Source: the human T2T-CHM13v2.0 reference genome, Homo sapiens. Taken from it: a stretch of 64,000 nucleotides of DNA. Shown piece after piece: positions 40,970 to 55,599 of this stretch; the first letter of the stretch is position 1; the number at the start of each line of letters is the position of its first letter. The stretch lies in assembly GCF_009914755.1 (NCBI RefSeq), contig NC_060932.1. The stretch is one strand, 5' to 3'. Below the pieces are notes generated by a model. It was given only the letters and a program-made list of their open reading frames with translations, made no database searches and was not told the origin of the DNA. Position numbers and translations under genes: made by a program.

Positions 40970-41720
40970 CTAGCACCTAGTAACACAGTCTATATAGACA
41001 AAGATGTATGTGCAGAATGTTCATCTTGGCACTATTTATAATTATGAAAAATTGGCAATAACCTAAACATCAACACAAATAATGAAAACTCTCTATAATG
41101 ATATATTGAGCAGTCATCAGGACTAATGATGCAGTGCTGTGCTGATTTCCATGTGAATTTGTCTAATGCATACTGCTGAATGTAAAAGACCAATTACAGA
41201 ACAAGTCCCTCCATATTGTTCTCTAGAAATTAACACCGACGTGTATCTTCTATAGCTATACAGGTCTTTTCAGCATGTTTGAAAGTATTTAGACACAGAC
41301 ACAGGAGAAATAAAGAGAGAAACTATCAAACAGGAACAGATTATATACACACTGTTCTGCCACTCGCCTTTTCCACTTAAGCATCTTGGGCACCAGTTTC
41401 AGCTAATTTAGATCTACCTTATTATTTGAAGTGGCCACATTGCACTTTATATGTTTATAGATGTATTTATCCAACATTTATGGAATATTGCCAATTTCTT
41501 GCCAGGGGCCACACTGAGCACCAGAAAGCTATTCTCAGACAGTTTAATATGTTGCTATTTAGTTCTCTATTCCCCATTGATGAATTTTCTTTTCCTGTTA
41601 GAAACAATACCACAGCAGTCAACCGTGCATGTATTGCTTCGTTGTATGTCTCTGAGATAAAGTCCTAGAAATGACATTATTTGCTCAGAGGGTAAACACA
41701 GCTTCAACTTCAACAAGACT
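40970..41720. mobile_element. Old L1ME fragments in both orientations
   Basis: aatgttcatcttggcactatttataatt...aaaattggcaataacctaaac (plus). ctgttctgccactcgcctttt...tattccccattgatgaa (minus). Confidence 0.6.
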
Positions 41721-42073
41721 TTTTCCCCCTGAATGTCTTCGCTGGTAGAGTTCAATCAATAAAGAACTGTGTGCTTTTTCCTATGCAGGGGAAGAAGCCA
41801 AGGGGGGTGACTTTGGAACAAAGAATTTGGTTTGTAAAGCGGGGCTTATAGCAAAAAGAAAAGGTAGGAAACTACTGCATAATAAGCACAAATTAAGTAC
41901 TTGGCATGTTCCATAGATTACCAAATGTTTGCCTCTCAACAAATGGAACAACTCGATAGGTATAAAAAAGTGGTTTTAAATGAACCAGTGTGAGATATGT
42001 CACTCTCGCCATTCTGCAGGTGAGGACTCTGGAGCCGACGTGGAAAACCTTGCTCAGTGCCACCCAGACTGCT

Positions 42074-42752
<679 letters not shown>

Positions 42753-43279
42753 GTGCCCATGATAAGGTTGCTGTCCAGAGGCCAATATGTGCACCTGCAG
42801 GACAGGTGAGAGGGAAGGAGCCTGGGGCTGGGAGATGAGTAGGGGCTTCCCTGCAGTGCTGGCCTCTCATGATGGAAGTCTGTAGAGTGAGAGCCAGGAA
42901 AGCAAGAAAGAGTCATGTCAGTGACTTCCAAAGAGAGCCCTGAGCTATGGAGTAGCATTACCCATCCCTCTTGCTCAAGAAAAAAAATCAACTTTCTTAA
43001 ATTGCACATCCCTCTCTGCACTGTAGGTATTACTCTTCCTCCCCTCTCTGCTGTGCAAGCATCCTTTGCCCTGGTCCACTGGCTGGGCAGTATTGATTAT
43101 TTGACAAGTTGCATGAGCTGGTATCTTCTGCCTGGCTTCTCACTCACCCACCTTTGCCAGGAGAAGGAAAGGCTCTTGAAAACATTTAGAGAATGGAGAA
43201 TAAGAGGGATGGAACTGTGGAACCCACGGCGAGCTGGAGACACTGTCTCAGAAAGGGCCATTGGATGCATCTCTTCCAA

Positions 43280-43410
43280 ACTTCCATATTCAGTGACAAC
43301 AACTTTTAGGAGCTTGAATTTGTCCATGGTGGGAACATTTGCCTTATAGACATTGGCAAATGCTACAAATAGCTCTCTTCTAAAGAGCTGTTGTTCAACA
43401 TTTACCATAG
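43280..43410. mobile_element. MER63-like hAT fragment
   Basis: ggagcttgaatttgtccatggtgggaacattt...attggcaaatgctacaaat...gagctgttgttcaacatttacca. Confidence 0.6.
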
Positions 43411-45352
43411 GTGCAAGCCCTAGAGGAGCCCTAGCCTTCAACTACACCGTAGCCCTGGAACAGAGCCCTCTGCCCAAGATGGGAACATAAGGATGGAAGG
43501 TGCTGGTCCCATTTGCTCAACGTAGAGAGCCCCCACCTGGGGCTTGTTCTGTGAGCACCTACTGCGTGCCTGGGGAACCAGAAGCACTTGCATCCTTGCT
43601 GTATGACATCAGAACTATTCTCCGCATTTGTAGAGGAGAAAACCGAAGTTCAAGGAGAAAGGCAGGAGCCTAATGCTCATTTCCTAAACAAACACAGAGT
43701 GCCTACTAAGCTCTGCTCTCCCTGATTCACCCCCATCTACTCCCTCCTTTGAATTCCTTGGAGCACTCACCCGCCTGGCTTTGCATTCAAATCTCCTCGG
43801 TTCCTCCTTACCTACTGATTCCTCACACACTCCCTGATTCTACAGGGAGAATTCCTGGACACAAAACAGAAAACGTTCAGAGGCAGCATCAACATGATCA
43901 GGCTTGGGTCAGGCAGGGCTCTGGTTCAGGGTCACCCCTGGCCGCATCCAGGAGACACTCCCTCCACAGGGGTAGAGAGTGGCCGCATCCAGAGAAACAG
44001 TGACTGTGGGTTCCTGGGGTATCCCCCTCAAGAACCACAATGCTTCTTTTTCAAAAGCATCCAGAAAAGCGTCCTCTTTACAGTTAATTGTTTTTAACTA
44101 GTCACAGATCCTTTAGCCAGAGGAATCACACTGTGGACCAGCTAAGTCCTTTCTTCTTGAACCACTCACCAGCAAAGTACCATATATAATATATGGTTTT
44201 GTCCTGAAGGACCAGGGCCTGCCCTGGAGCTGAGATTGGAGTCAGCATCTTTTTAGGCACCAGGGAATGTAGGGGAGAGGTGATGACTCTTAATGCTAGA
44301 AACAATGAGGAAATGAAATAAATGCTCCCTACACATCTATCTATCTTTTCTCCCCACCACGTGGGTCCATTTCTGGCAAATAGTAAATACTGAAACAGTG
44401 TCGTTTTCATTGTGATTCATTTGTTGTTCTGTGTCCTACAGGGCATGTCTCTGGTAAGCCCTGGTGAAGGGCAGGCTCAGGAGGTACCAACCCTCCCGTG
44501 TCTGTAAGTGTCCTAGACTCAATTATTGGGGTTTGGGGAGCCTGTTGGGGATGTTGAAGAAAGTCAGCTGCCCTTCCCTATGCCAAATATGGCCTTTGCC
44601 ACCATTAAGTTGAAATAAGAAGTTCTAGCCACAAAGGCTCCAGAACTAAACCAAACCATTGACAAGGAGGAGAAGATTCTGGTTGCTGTACCACTTCTGT
44701 TCCAGCTGCTGCATCTCCCCATCCCTTACAGGAGCTTGAGATTTCTTAGTAGACCTTTTGGTCCAGTAAGAGGTCCTTCTGTTCTCCCCCTTCTGTTTTC
44801 CCCAGTGACCAGCTCCCTATCTCATCTACCTCAAGGCCTCTTCTGTCTAGTGTCAATGGTGCAGCTGCTGGGGCCTCTGCAAGTGAAAGGCCTTCCTTCA
44901 TCCATTTCTGCAGCTATGTGGGGGAGTGATTCCCAGTCCTGTGAATGGGGGAGAAGAGATGGTGAGGAATTCCCACTTCACACTTCCCTTGTGTGTTGTT
45001 GTTGTTATTGTTGTAGTTTCCAAATACGTTCAGGAAAAAATAATACATTTGGCATCTTGAGGATTAGTTTGTGTGGTTTTAGTGCCATTTTGGCAAAAAT
45101 ACTTCATGAAGTTTACATAAAAGATTCATGCTGCAACTCAGGGCAGCCAGGGCTATGGCTGAGTCCTGGATTTGATAGAGGGAGCCTTCTCTGAAGGGAA
45201 TAACCCTGTCTGAAATAGGATCAAGAGATGTTCACAAGGAAGGAGATGCTCCAGCTGGGACCCCAAGGATAAAAAGGAATGTTAAAGTTGGCAAGCTACT
45301 AATGGATAGTCCCAGAGAGAAGGCAGCATCTCTTAATGAGTAGCTGATTTAG

Positions 45353-45754
<402 letters not shown>

Positions 45755-45849
45755 GAGCACCCATTTCTTAACAGTGGATATTGGATTTTACTCACTCTCT
45801 AGCCCCTGGTAGGGCAAACTCATTACAGCAAGCCCAAGAGCACAATGTT

Positions 45850-46355
45850 CAGGTGCTATTTTAACAGTTGTGTGTGTACCTTCTAGACTTTTCTCTGTGC
45901 TCATATAATCATGCTAATCTATAATCAATATATTGTGATACACATTGTTTGATGTGCAAGTTGGCTGCTTTCTATCAAGAGAAATAAGCAAGTTGCAATG
46001 TAATAAGTAATTACATTCTTCTGAGTTTTTGTCCTGCCACAAAGAATGCTACAAAGACATCATCGTGCATATATTTTTACATGCTGGCAATTTTATTTCT
46101 GTAGTAGATATTCCCCGAAGTGGATCATTGGTCAAAAGTTAGACGCATTTTTAATTTTCATAGAACAGATTACTTTCTGCAATGACTAGAGTAATTTATA
46201 ATCCCATCCGCAATATATGAAAAGTCCTTTTATTCTAATCCCTTGCCAGCCATGAATTTTATAAATCCTATTAATTTTCATCAATTGGATGGTAAGAAGT
46301 CATATCTCATAGTTAATTATGTTCCCGTGTCCCTGACTCTGAGTGAGGTTGGGCA
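45850..46355 (-). mobile_element. L1ME fragment
   Basis: aagaatgctacaaagacatcatcgtgcata...agtaatttataatcccatccgcaatatatgaaaagt. Confidence 0.65.
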
Positions 46356-46569
46356 TGTAGCTGACTCCTGCTGCTGAGGCAGCAGCTGGTAAGGTCACCG
46401 TGGTAGTGCAGGAGGGAGAAGCCAGTGCCTGTAAGTCAGGAACTTCACGCCCCCACATGCACACCGCGGCTTCCCTTACCACGTCTATGGCAGATGGCTC
46501 CAGTCCACTGTGGCTTCCTCTCCTTTTGTCACTAAAGAAAGCCTCAGAATCCTTCCTTAGCAATATTAC

Positions 46570-47460
46570 ACAGGAGAAATGGGAACCCTTGTGCACTGCT
46601 AGTGGGAATGCAAAATGGTGCAGTAGCTATGGAAAAACGGTACAGCAGCTCTTCAAACACAGGAAAAATAGAATTATCAGATGATCCAGCAATCCACACG
46701 GAAGCATGAGGGTGGAGGCAACCGAAACACCCAGCCATGAGTAAACAAAAGGCGTCATGTCGTGGTCCATCCGTACAATGGAGTGTTATTCTGCCTTAAG
46801 AAGGAAGCAAATCCTGTCACACACCACAACATGGAGAACCTTGAGGACATGATGCTGAGTGAAGTAAATCAGCTACAGAAGGTCGGGTGCTGCATGAGTC
46901 CCCTCATATGAGGTATGGAAAGTCATGAAATTCGCCGGGCACGTTGGCCCATGTCTGTAATCCCAGCACTTTGGGAGGTAGAGGCGGGTGGATCACCTGA
47001 GGTCCGGAGTTCGAGACCAGCCTGGCCAACATGGTGAAACCTCGTCTCTACTAAAAATACAAAAATTAGCCAGGTGTGGTGGCGTGTGCCTTTAGTCTCA
47101 GCTACTTGGGAGGCTCAGGCAGGAGAACCGCTTGAATCCGGGAGGTGGGGGTTGCAGTGAGCTGAGATCACCCACTGCACTCCAGCCCGAGCGACAGAGT
47201 GAGACTCTGTCTCAAAAAATAAAAATAAAATAAAAATAGTCATGAAATTCGTAGAGACGGAAAACAGGATGGTACTGACCAAGGGCTAGAAGGAGGGGAG
47301 CAGAGGGAGTGGTTTAATAGATACAGAATTTCACTTTCACAAGATGAAAATGTTTTGGAGATCTGTCCCACAACAACATGAATATATTTAACACGATTGA
47401 ACTAAACACTTAAAAATGGTTAGGATGGTAATTTTGTTATGTGCTTTTTGTGATAAAAAA
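46570..47460 (+). mobile_element. L1MB 3' fragment interrupted by AluSx
   Basis: gaacccttgtgcactgctagtgggaatgcaaaatggtgcag...ccttgaggacatgatgctgagtgaa...actgaactaaacacttaaaaatggtt. Confidence 0.85.
46934..47237 (+). mobile_element. AluSx
   Basis: gatcacctgaggtc, cctggccaacatggtg. TSD agtcatgaaattc. Confidence 0.92.
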
Positions 47461-47818
47461 TATATTACATAAAGCTAAAAGGATATATAAACAACTTCAT
47501 GCCAACCATATCTTTAAAATTAGGCAAAGTAGACAAGTCTTGAAGAAAAATTTTCCATAATTCACCCAAGGAGAAATATAAATTTTAATTGTGCTATCTG
47601 TATTAAGGAAAATCTAATTTATGGTAAAAATCTCCCCTTAAAGAAGGTTCTGAGCTCTGATTATTTTATAAGCAAGTAAAATGAAGCTTTCAAGGAACAA
47701 CCAATAGACGACAATGTAAATAGGTCAATTATATGTCATATTCAAAGATTATCTTTCTTTGCCTAGATATAAAGCAGGGAAAGGGGAAGGTGTGTGAGAG
47801 AGTTCATATAGACAAGGT

Positions 47819-48285
<467 letters not shown>

Positions 48286-48512
48286 AAACCCTAAGTAGAA
48301 AAAAAAAAGTGAGCAAAAAATATACATGGGCACTTCATAAAACAGGGTATACAAATACAGTCTTGATAGTCATCAGGGAGATGCAGTTGAAGACCACCCA
48401 CTGTCTTAGTCTGAGATCCAAGATCTGAGAAACCCAATAACACCAAGGCTTGGGAAAGATACGGAGTCACGAAGACTCGTATGCAGCTAGTGGTAATACA
48501 TTAGTAAACTGC

Positions 48513-48870
48513 TGCTATGCATCTAGATGTTTGTGGATGTTTGAATATTGAACCCTAGTCCCCAGTGTGATGGTATTAGGAGATGGGGTGTTTAAGAGGT
48601 GATTAGTTCATGAGGGTGGGGCCCTTGTGAATGGGATTACTGCCCTCATAGAGAGGCCCCAGAGAGCTGCCTCACCCCTTCCACTGTGTGAGGATGCCAC
48701 TAGAAGTTGCCATCTATGGCTTTGAAAGGGAGGCCTCACCAGACACTGAATCTGCTGGAGCCTCGATCTTGGACTTTTCAGGCCCCAGAACTTCAAGAAA
48801 AGAATTTCTGTGGTTTAGAAGCCACCTAGTTTATGGCATTTTGTTATAGCAGCCCAGATGGACTAAGACC
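48513..48870 (+). mobile_element. MLT1A solo LTR
   Basis: cccagtgtgatggtattaggagatgggg...gaatctgctggagcctcgatcttggac...ggactaagac. Confidence 0.85.
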
Positions 48871-49044
48871 ACAGTCTCCAAGGATAAGTTGGCATTATCT
48901 TATAAAGGTGACCATGTATCTACAGGGTGATCCAGACATGGTGGCCAAGAGCCATGTCCAGCTCACACACAAGATAAGGCAAGCTCAAGACTGGGCTGAT
49001 TCAATGGAGGTCAAGTAAAAATGGCAGCTTCTAGATTTAGAGAG

Positions 49045-49476
49045 TGTTATGAGTTGAAACGTGTCCCCCCAAATTTCACACATCGAAGCCCTAATTCCCA
49101 GTCCCTTCGAATGTGACCTTATTTGGAACTAGGACCTTGCAGATGTACTTAGTGGACATGAGGTTGTTAGGGTAAGCCCTAATCTCATATAAGTGGTATG
49201 CTTATAAAAAGGAAATTTGGACACAGAAAGAATACCATGTGAAGGTTGAAGCGATGCTGCCATAAGCCATGGAATGCCAGAGAGTATCACCAAACCACCA
49301 GAAGCTAGGAGAGAGGTGTGGGGCAGACTCTCCCTCACCTCCATCAGAAGGAGCCAAACCCGCTGGCACATTGATGTCAGACTCTGGACTGCCAGCACTA
49401 AGAGAAAATAAATTTCTGTTGTTTAAGCCACCTGTGTATGGTACTTTGTTAGGACAGCCCCCAGGATGCTAATACA
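49045..49476 (+). mobile_element. MLT1C solo LTR
   Basis: tgttatgagttgaaacgtgtcccc...aaccaccagaagctaggagagagg...aataaatttctgttgtttaagccac...ctaataca. Confidence 0.87.
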
Positions 49477-49813
49477 ACATACGGTTTGTTACCTATACAG
49501 GCGGTGGAAAGGAAAGTACAGCTAGATGCCAGCTCCACATGGTTCTTGTTCCACACCCTAAGAAGGACGGTGCTGAAACAGAGGCACTGTGTGGCTGCCG
49601 TGTGAGCTGGGGGCACCCCGGTGCTGAGGAGCCAATGCTGGACTGCAGCTCTGCAGCTCAGAGGGAGTGGGACAGGAATTCCCAGATCCTGTCAGAACCC
49701 AGGAGGCCATGAGAAACTGTCTCGCCACCAGGGAGAGGGGAGGCAAGTGGGAGATGGCCGAAGGGCCACTCCTTCCCTGGCCTGGAAGCCATGGTGGAGT
49801 CATTCACCTACAA

Positions 49814-50068
49814 GCGTGGTTTTCAAACCATTTTTGGTTATGTCTGTAGCAAGAAATGCATTTGAAATTGTGGCCGTAACACACATACACATACGAATAC
49901 AGATGATAGAAACACGGTGAAAGTCTTTATCCTTACTTTGTACTGTGCTGTCTTTTTAAAAATTATTCTTTACAGTTTCATTAAAAAAAGGCTGGTTGAT
50001 ACCTGATACTTCACTAAATTGATTGCACAAACCACAAATCAAAACAACTGACAATTTGTAAAGCACTG
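49814..50068. mobile_element. hAT-Charlie MITE (MER112-like)
   Basis: About 255 bp with TIR-like ends gtggttttcaaac...tttgtaaagcactg and an internal cactaaattgattgcac motif. Confidence 0.6.
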
Positions 50069-50207
50069 AGAATCTCTTGTAGGTGAGCTGAGAAACACAC
50101 ACCTGAATTTCATAGTAGCATTTGTTTGTTGAATACACTCTTACAGAGCGCTATGTGACAAGCACTGTTTGAAGCATTGTAAAAATATGTGTACAACCAC
50201 AAGTGAT

Positions 50208-50552
50208 CACAGCCATAAAAAGGATGAGTTCATGTACTTTTCAGGGACATGGATGAAGCTGGAAACGATCATCCTCAGAAAACTAACACAGGAACAGGAA
50301 ACCAAACACCACATGTTCTCACTCGTAAGTGGGAGTTGAACGATGAGAACACATGGACACAGGGAGGGGAACATCACTGGGTGGGGGGCAAGGGGAGGGA
50401 CAGCATTAGGAAAAATACCTAATGCATGCGGGGCTTAAAACCTAGATGATGGGTTGATGGGTACAGCAAACCACCATGGCACATTTATACCTATGTAACA
50501 AACCTGCACGTTCTTCACATGTATCCAGAACTTGAAGTATAATAAATAAATT
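50208..50552 (+). mobile_element. 5'-truncated L1PA (about PA7-PA8) 3' end
   Basis: cagccataaaaaggatgagttcatg...gggcttaaaacctagatgatgggttgatgggtacagc. Confidence 0.9.
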
Positions 50553-50554
50553 TA

Positions 50555-50859
50555 GGCTGGGTGTGGTGGCTCACGCCTGTAATCCCAGCCCTTTGGGAGG
50601 CCGAGGCGGGCAGATCACGAGGTCAGGAGATTGAGACCATCCTGGCTAACACAGTGAAGCCCGATCTTTACTAAAACTACAAAAAATTAGCCAGGGGTGG
50701 TGGCGGGTGCCTGTAGTCCCAGCTACTCAGGAGGCTGAGGCAGGAGAATGGTGTAAACCCAGGAGGTGGAGCTTGCAGTGAGCCGACATCGCGCCACTGC
50801 ACTCTAGCCTGGGCGACAGAGTGAGACTCTGTCTCAAAAAAAAAAAAAAAAAAAAAAAA
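50555..50859 (+). mobile_element. AluY inserted in the L1PA tail
   Basis: gatcacgaggtcaggag, ccatcctggctaac, ggagcttgcagtg, long poly(A). Confidence 0.92.
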
Positions 50860-51021
50860 TTAAAAATCACACACACAAGCGACCCTCACAGGAAAGCTAT
50901 GAGTTAGCCACTGTTGTTACTCCCAGGTGACAGATGAAGAAACAAAGGAGTAAGGGAAAGTGTCTGTGAGGTCACACAGCAGGCAGGAAGAGGCACGGTA
51001 TGCTTCAAGCCCGGTACACTT

Positions 51022-51773
51022 TTTTTTTAACTTTTAAGTTCAGGGGTACATGTGCAGGTTTGTTATATAGGTAAACTCACATCACAGAGGTTTGTTGTAC
51101 AGAATATTTCATCACTCAAGTATTAAGCCTAGTACCCATTAGTTATGTTTCCTGATCCTCTCCCTCCTCCCACCCTCCAGTAGGCCCCAGTGTGTGTTGT
51201 TCCCCTCTACATGTCCAAGTGTTCTCATCATTTAGTCCCTACTTATAAGTGAGAACATGCAGTATTTGGCTTTCTGTTCCTGTGTTATTTTGCTAAGGAG
51301 AATGGCTTCCAGTTCCATCCATATTCCTTCACAGGACATGCTCTCATTCTTTTTTATGGCCGCATAGTATTCCTTGGTGTACCAAGGAATACTATGTGTG
51401 CCAAATTTTCTTTATCCAGTCTAGCACTGATAAGCATTTAGGTTGAAACGATTATCAGAGTAAACAGACAACCTACAGAATGGGAGAAAAATTTTGGAAA
51501 CTATGCCTCTGACAAAAGTTTAATATCCAGCATCTATAAGAAGCTTAAACAAATTTACAAGAAAAAAGCAACCCCATTATAAAGTGGGCAAAGGACAGGA
51601 ACAGACACTTTTCAAAAGAAGACATTTATGCAGCCGACAAGCATATGAAAAACTCACCACTGATCATTACAGAAATGCAACTCAAAACCACAATGAGATA
51701 CCATCTCATGCCAGTCAGAATGGCTGTTATTAAAAAGCCAAAAAATACAGATGCTGGAAAGATTGCAGAGAAA
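51022..51773 (-). mobile_element. L1PA (about PA13-PA16) with a 5' inversion
   Basis: Antisense 3' UTR at 51022-51446 joined to a sense ORF2 segment at 51447-51773. TSD aagcccggtacactt / aagcccagttctctt. Confidence 0.88.
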
Positions 51774-52216
51774 AAGCCCAGTTCTCTTAACCTTCCTGCT
51801 AGGGAGCATTTTTCACAGTAGGAAACACACAAACAGACCAGGAAACAATCCATTAAATTTAGATACTTAAAAGTGTACACTTCGCAACAGAGTACACAAA
51901 GCAGTAGAGATTGTGCTATAGCTACACATGACTGGCATGTGAGCATTTTAAAATGCTGAGGAAATTGCAGTGTAGAACACCATAGAATGCTATATTTCAC
52001 ACAAAAATGATTTGTAAAGCTTAAAAACAAACAATTAACAATGTTACTTAGGGATTCATATATTTGGTAAATCTCTTAAAAACAGTATGTTGACGTGCAA
52101 AATGCAAGGCATGGGGACTTAAGAGTTCTGTTCACAGGTGGATACAACAGTATTGGCAATGTTGTCACTCTTTTTTTGGAGGGTGATAAGTTCTGGCTGT
52201 TTGTTTGTTTGTTATA

Positions 52217-52532
52217 GAGTCATGCATTGCTTGATGACAGGAATACGTTCTAAGAAATGCTTCATTAGGCAATTTCATGATTGTGCAAACATAGAAGGTA
52301 CTCACACAAACCTAGGTGGTCTATCTTACTACACACCTAGATGATATAGCCTATTGCTCCTAGGCTACAAACATGTATAGCATATAACTCTGCCGAATAC
52401 TGTAAGCAATTGTAATACAATGGTTGGTATTTGTATATCTAACCATAGAAAAAATACAGTAAAAATACAGTATTATAATCTTATAGGACCACTGTCATTG
52501 ACTGAAATATTGTTATGCAGGGAACGTGGCTG
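52217..52532. mobile_element. Tigger3a (MER7A) TcMar MITE
   Basis: gtcatgcattgcttgatgacagg...acacaaacctag...gcctattgctcctaggctacaaac...cgtggctg, flanked by TA. Confidence 0.85.
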
Positions 52533-53398
52533 TACTCTACAAGTTGCGTGTGTGTGTACATATATATATATACATACCTTCTATATCTCTTGTACAATAT
52601 TTTTAAATTATGGCAAAAACATAAAATTTACTATTTTAATCACATGTAAGTGTACAGTTCAGTGACATTTAGCACGTTCATATTGCTGTGCAAGCATCAC
52701 CACCATCTAGAATTTTTCATCTTCCAAAACCGAAACTCAATACCCACTAAACAATGACTCCTAGTCCTCCCTTCTCCCAGCACCTGGAGAACACCATTCT
52801 ACTTTCTATCTTTGTGAATTTGACTACTATAGGTATCTCATATAAATAGAGTCATATAGCATTTGTTCTCTTTTGACCAGCTTACTTCACTCAGCATAAT
52901 GTCCTCAAGTTTCATCCATGTTTTGCCTATGACAGAATTAATTTTTAAGGCTGAACGATTTCCCATTGTGGGTATATACTACATTTTGTTAATTCATCCA
53001 ACAGTGGACACTTGGGTTGCTTCCACCTCTTGGCTGTTGTGTACAATGCTGCTACGAACATGGGTGTACAAATATCTCTTTGAGTCCCTGCTTCAACTTC
53101 TTTGGTTATATACCCAAACGTGGGATTCCTGGATCATATGTAATTCTATTTTTAATTTTTTCAGGAACCACAATAATGTTTTCCATAGAAGTTGCACCAT
53201 TTTACAATTCTACCAACCTTGTGCAATGATTCCAGTATTTCTACCTCCATGCCAACACTTGTTATTTTCTGTTTGTTTTTTTTTTAATAGCAGCCACTCA
53301 AATGAGTGTGAGGTGATCTCTCACTGTGGTTTTGATATGCATTCCTTGAATGGTTAGCAATGTTAAATATCATTTCATATGTTTGCTGGCCATTTGAA

Positions 53399-53739
53399 CA
53401 GAGACTCCTTGACTTACAATGAGGTTACATCCTGATAAACCCACCAAAAGTTGAAAACATCTTAAGCAGAAAATGCATTTAATACACCTAACCTACTGAA
53501 CATCATAGCCTGGCCTGCCTTAAATGTGCTCAGAACACTTACATGAGCCAACAGTTGGGTGAAATCATCCAACACAATGCCTATTTTATAATAAAGTGTT
53601 GAATATTTTATGTAACTTATTGAGTACTATACTGAAAGTGAAAAGCAGAATGGTTGTAGGGGTACTGGAAGGACACTTTCTACTGAATGCATAGAGCTTT
53701 TGCAATATTGTAAAGTCAAAAAGTAGTGCGTTGAACCAT
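53399..53739. mobile_element. MER47A (TcMar-Tigger MITE)
   Basis: cagagactccttgacttacaatgaggttacatcctgataaaccc...tgctcagaacacttacat...gaatggttgta. Confidence 0.85.
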
Positions 53740-53765
53740 GTTTCTATATTTTCTTCTAAGAGTTG

Positions 53766-54070
<305 letters not shown>

Positions 54071-54724
54071 TTATGGATCTATGTATCTATCCTTATGATA
54101 GTATCACATTGTCATGGATTAATAAATTGATGGATAAAATAAGTGATCACAATGGAAATTAAACACACTTCGTCCTGAAAAATAATAAAAATATATATAA
54201 AAACTGGCCAGTGAGAAACAATTTCCAAAATGGCAGTGGGAGGAGGTTTTTTCTCTGGGCCGTCTCCTGAGGAAATAATCGTATTCTATTTATTTTGAGG
54301 CTGTTAGGCATAAACAAGTGTGTGATTGTTTGATGTTACTGTTTATCATCATTATCATACAATGGCCATTTTATCCCTGATAATTATTTTTGTCTTAAAA
54401 TATATTTGCGTGCTATTACTTTGTTTACCAGACATATTCTTGATTATTTTTTGCCTATCATATGCTTTTTATTCTTTTATTTTTAGTACTTCTGCATCTT
54501 TAGTTTTTTAGGTGGGTCTTTTGTAACAGCATAAAGCTGGCCATAATCTCATTATAATCCAATCTGACAACCTGTGTCTTATTTTGTGAAATTAATGCAT
54601 TTTTCATTTATTGTCATGATTTATATGTATGCATTAATTGTTATAATTTTTATTAGTGTTTTTAAAATTTTTTTCATGCTTTTATGTATGCCTCCTTTTA
54701 CCTCATTTACTGGCCTTTCCCTTA

Positions 54725-55115
54725 TTTTCGGATTCCCTGTAATGCAGGCTTTGCAACAAAGATTTAGGGGTAAGTAGTTTTGGGAGGAGTTATTCCAAAA
54801 CGTCCTGAGGGAGCTAGGAAGGGAGAGAAGCCAATAAAGAGCATGTTAATTATGGGCTGTCACTAAAGCAGTGGGTTTATTTCCAGTGGATGCTCTCCGA
54901 GATGTGTAAAAGACATCTCAGAATTGTCCCACCCAGGGATGAGGAAGGCCAGATATTTGTTTACCAATTTCCTTGCTTGTTGACTGAGGGTGGTTTCTGG
55001 GGCATTGGCTCTGCAATACCTGAGGCAGAGAGAAGCACAGAGGCATCAGCCTCTGGGGAAATCGGCAGCTGAACTCCAGAGTAGGCTGAAAAGTTGTGAG
55101 TGGGCTCTGGAAGCT
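54725..55115 (-). mobile_element. LTR33-like ERVL LTR
   Basis: aagccaataaag...tcagaattgtcccacccagggatgaggaagg...tgactgagggtgg. Confidence 0.65.
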
Positions 55116-55279
55116 TCTGCTAAATCTTTTGGGGTTTTTCTTCCTCTAATTTTATTTGTTTGTTTATTTGTTTTACTTCTTCCAGTTTGACACTTGTTCA
55201 CACTTTTTCTATTTACAGGTTGTCCTCGATGTTTTACTATTAAAATTATAAATTCTAAAATTAATCAAAAACGCATCTT

Positions 55280-55595
<316 letters not shown>

Positions 55596-55599
55596 CAAA

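Noticed and set aside
43097-43441. Protein-like 114-aa minus-strand ORF
   Set aside because: It has a non-ATG start and overlaps a MER63-like DNA transposon fragment.
43939-43992. 13-bp direct repeat tggccgcatccag, 41 bp apart
   Set aside because: Only two copies, with no array or enclosed element. Likely a trivial local duplication, not CRISPR-like.
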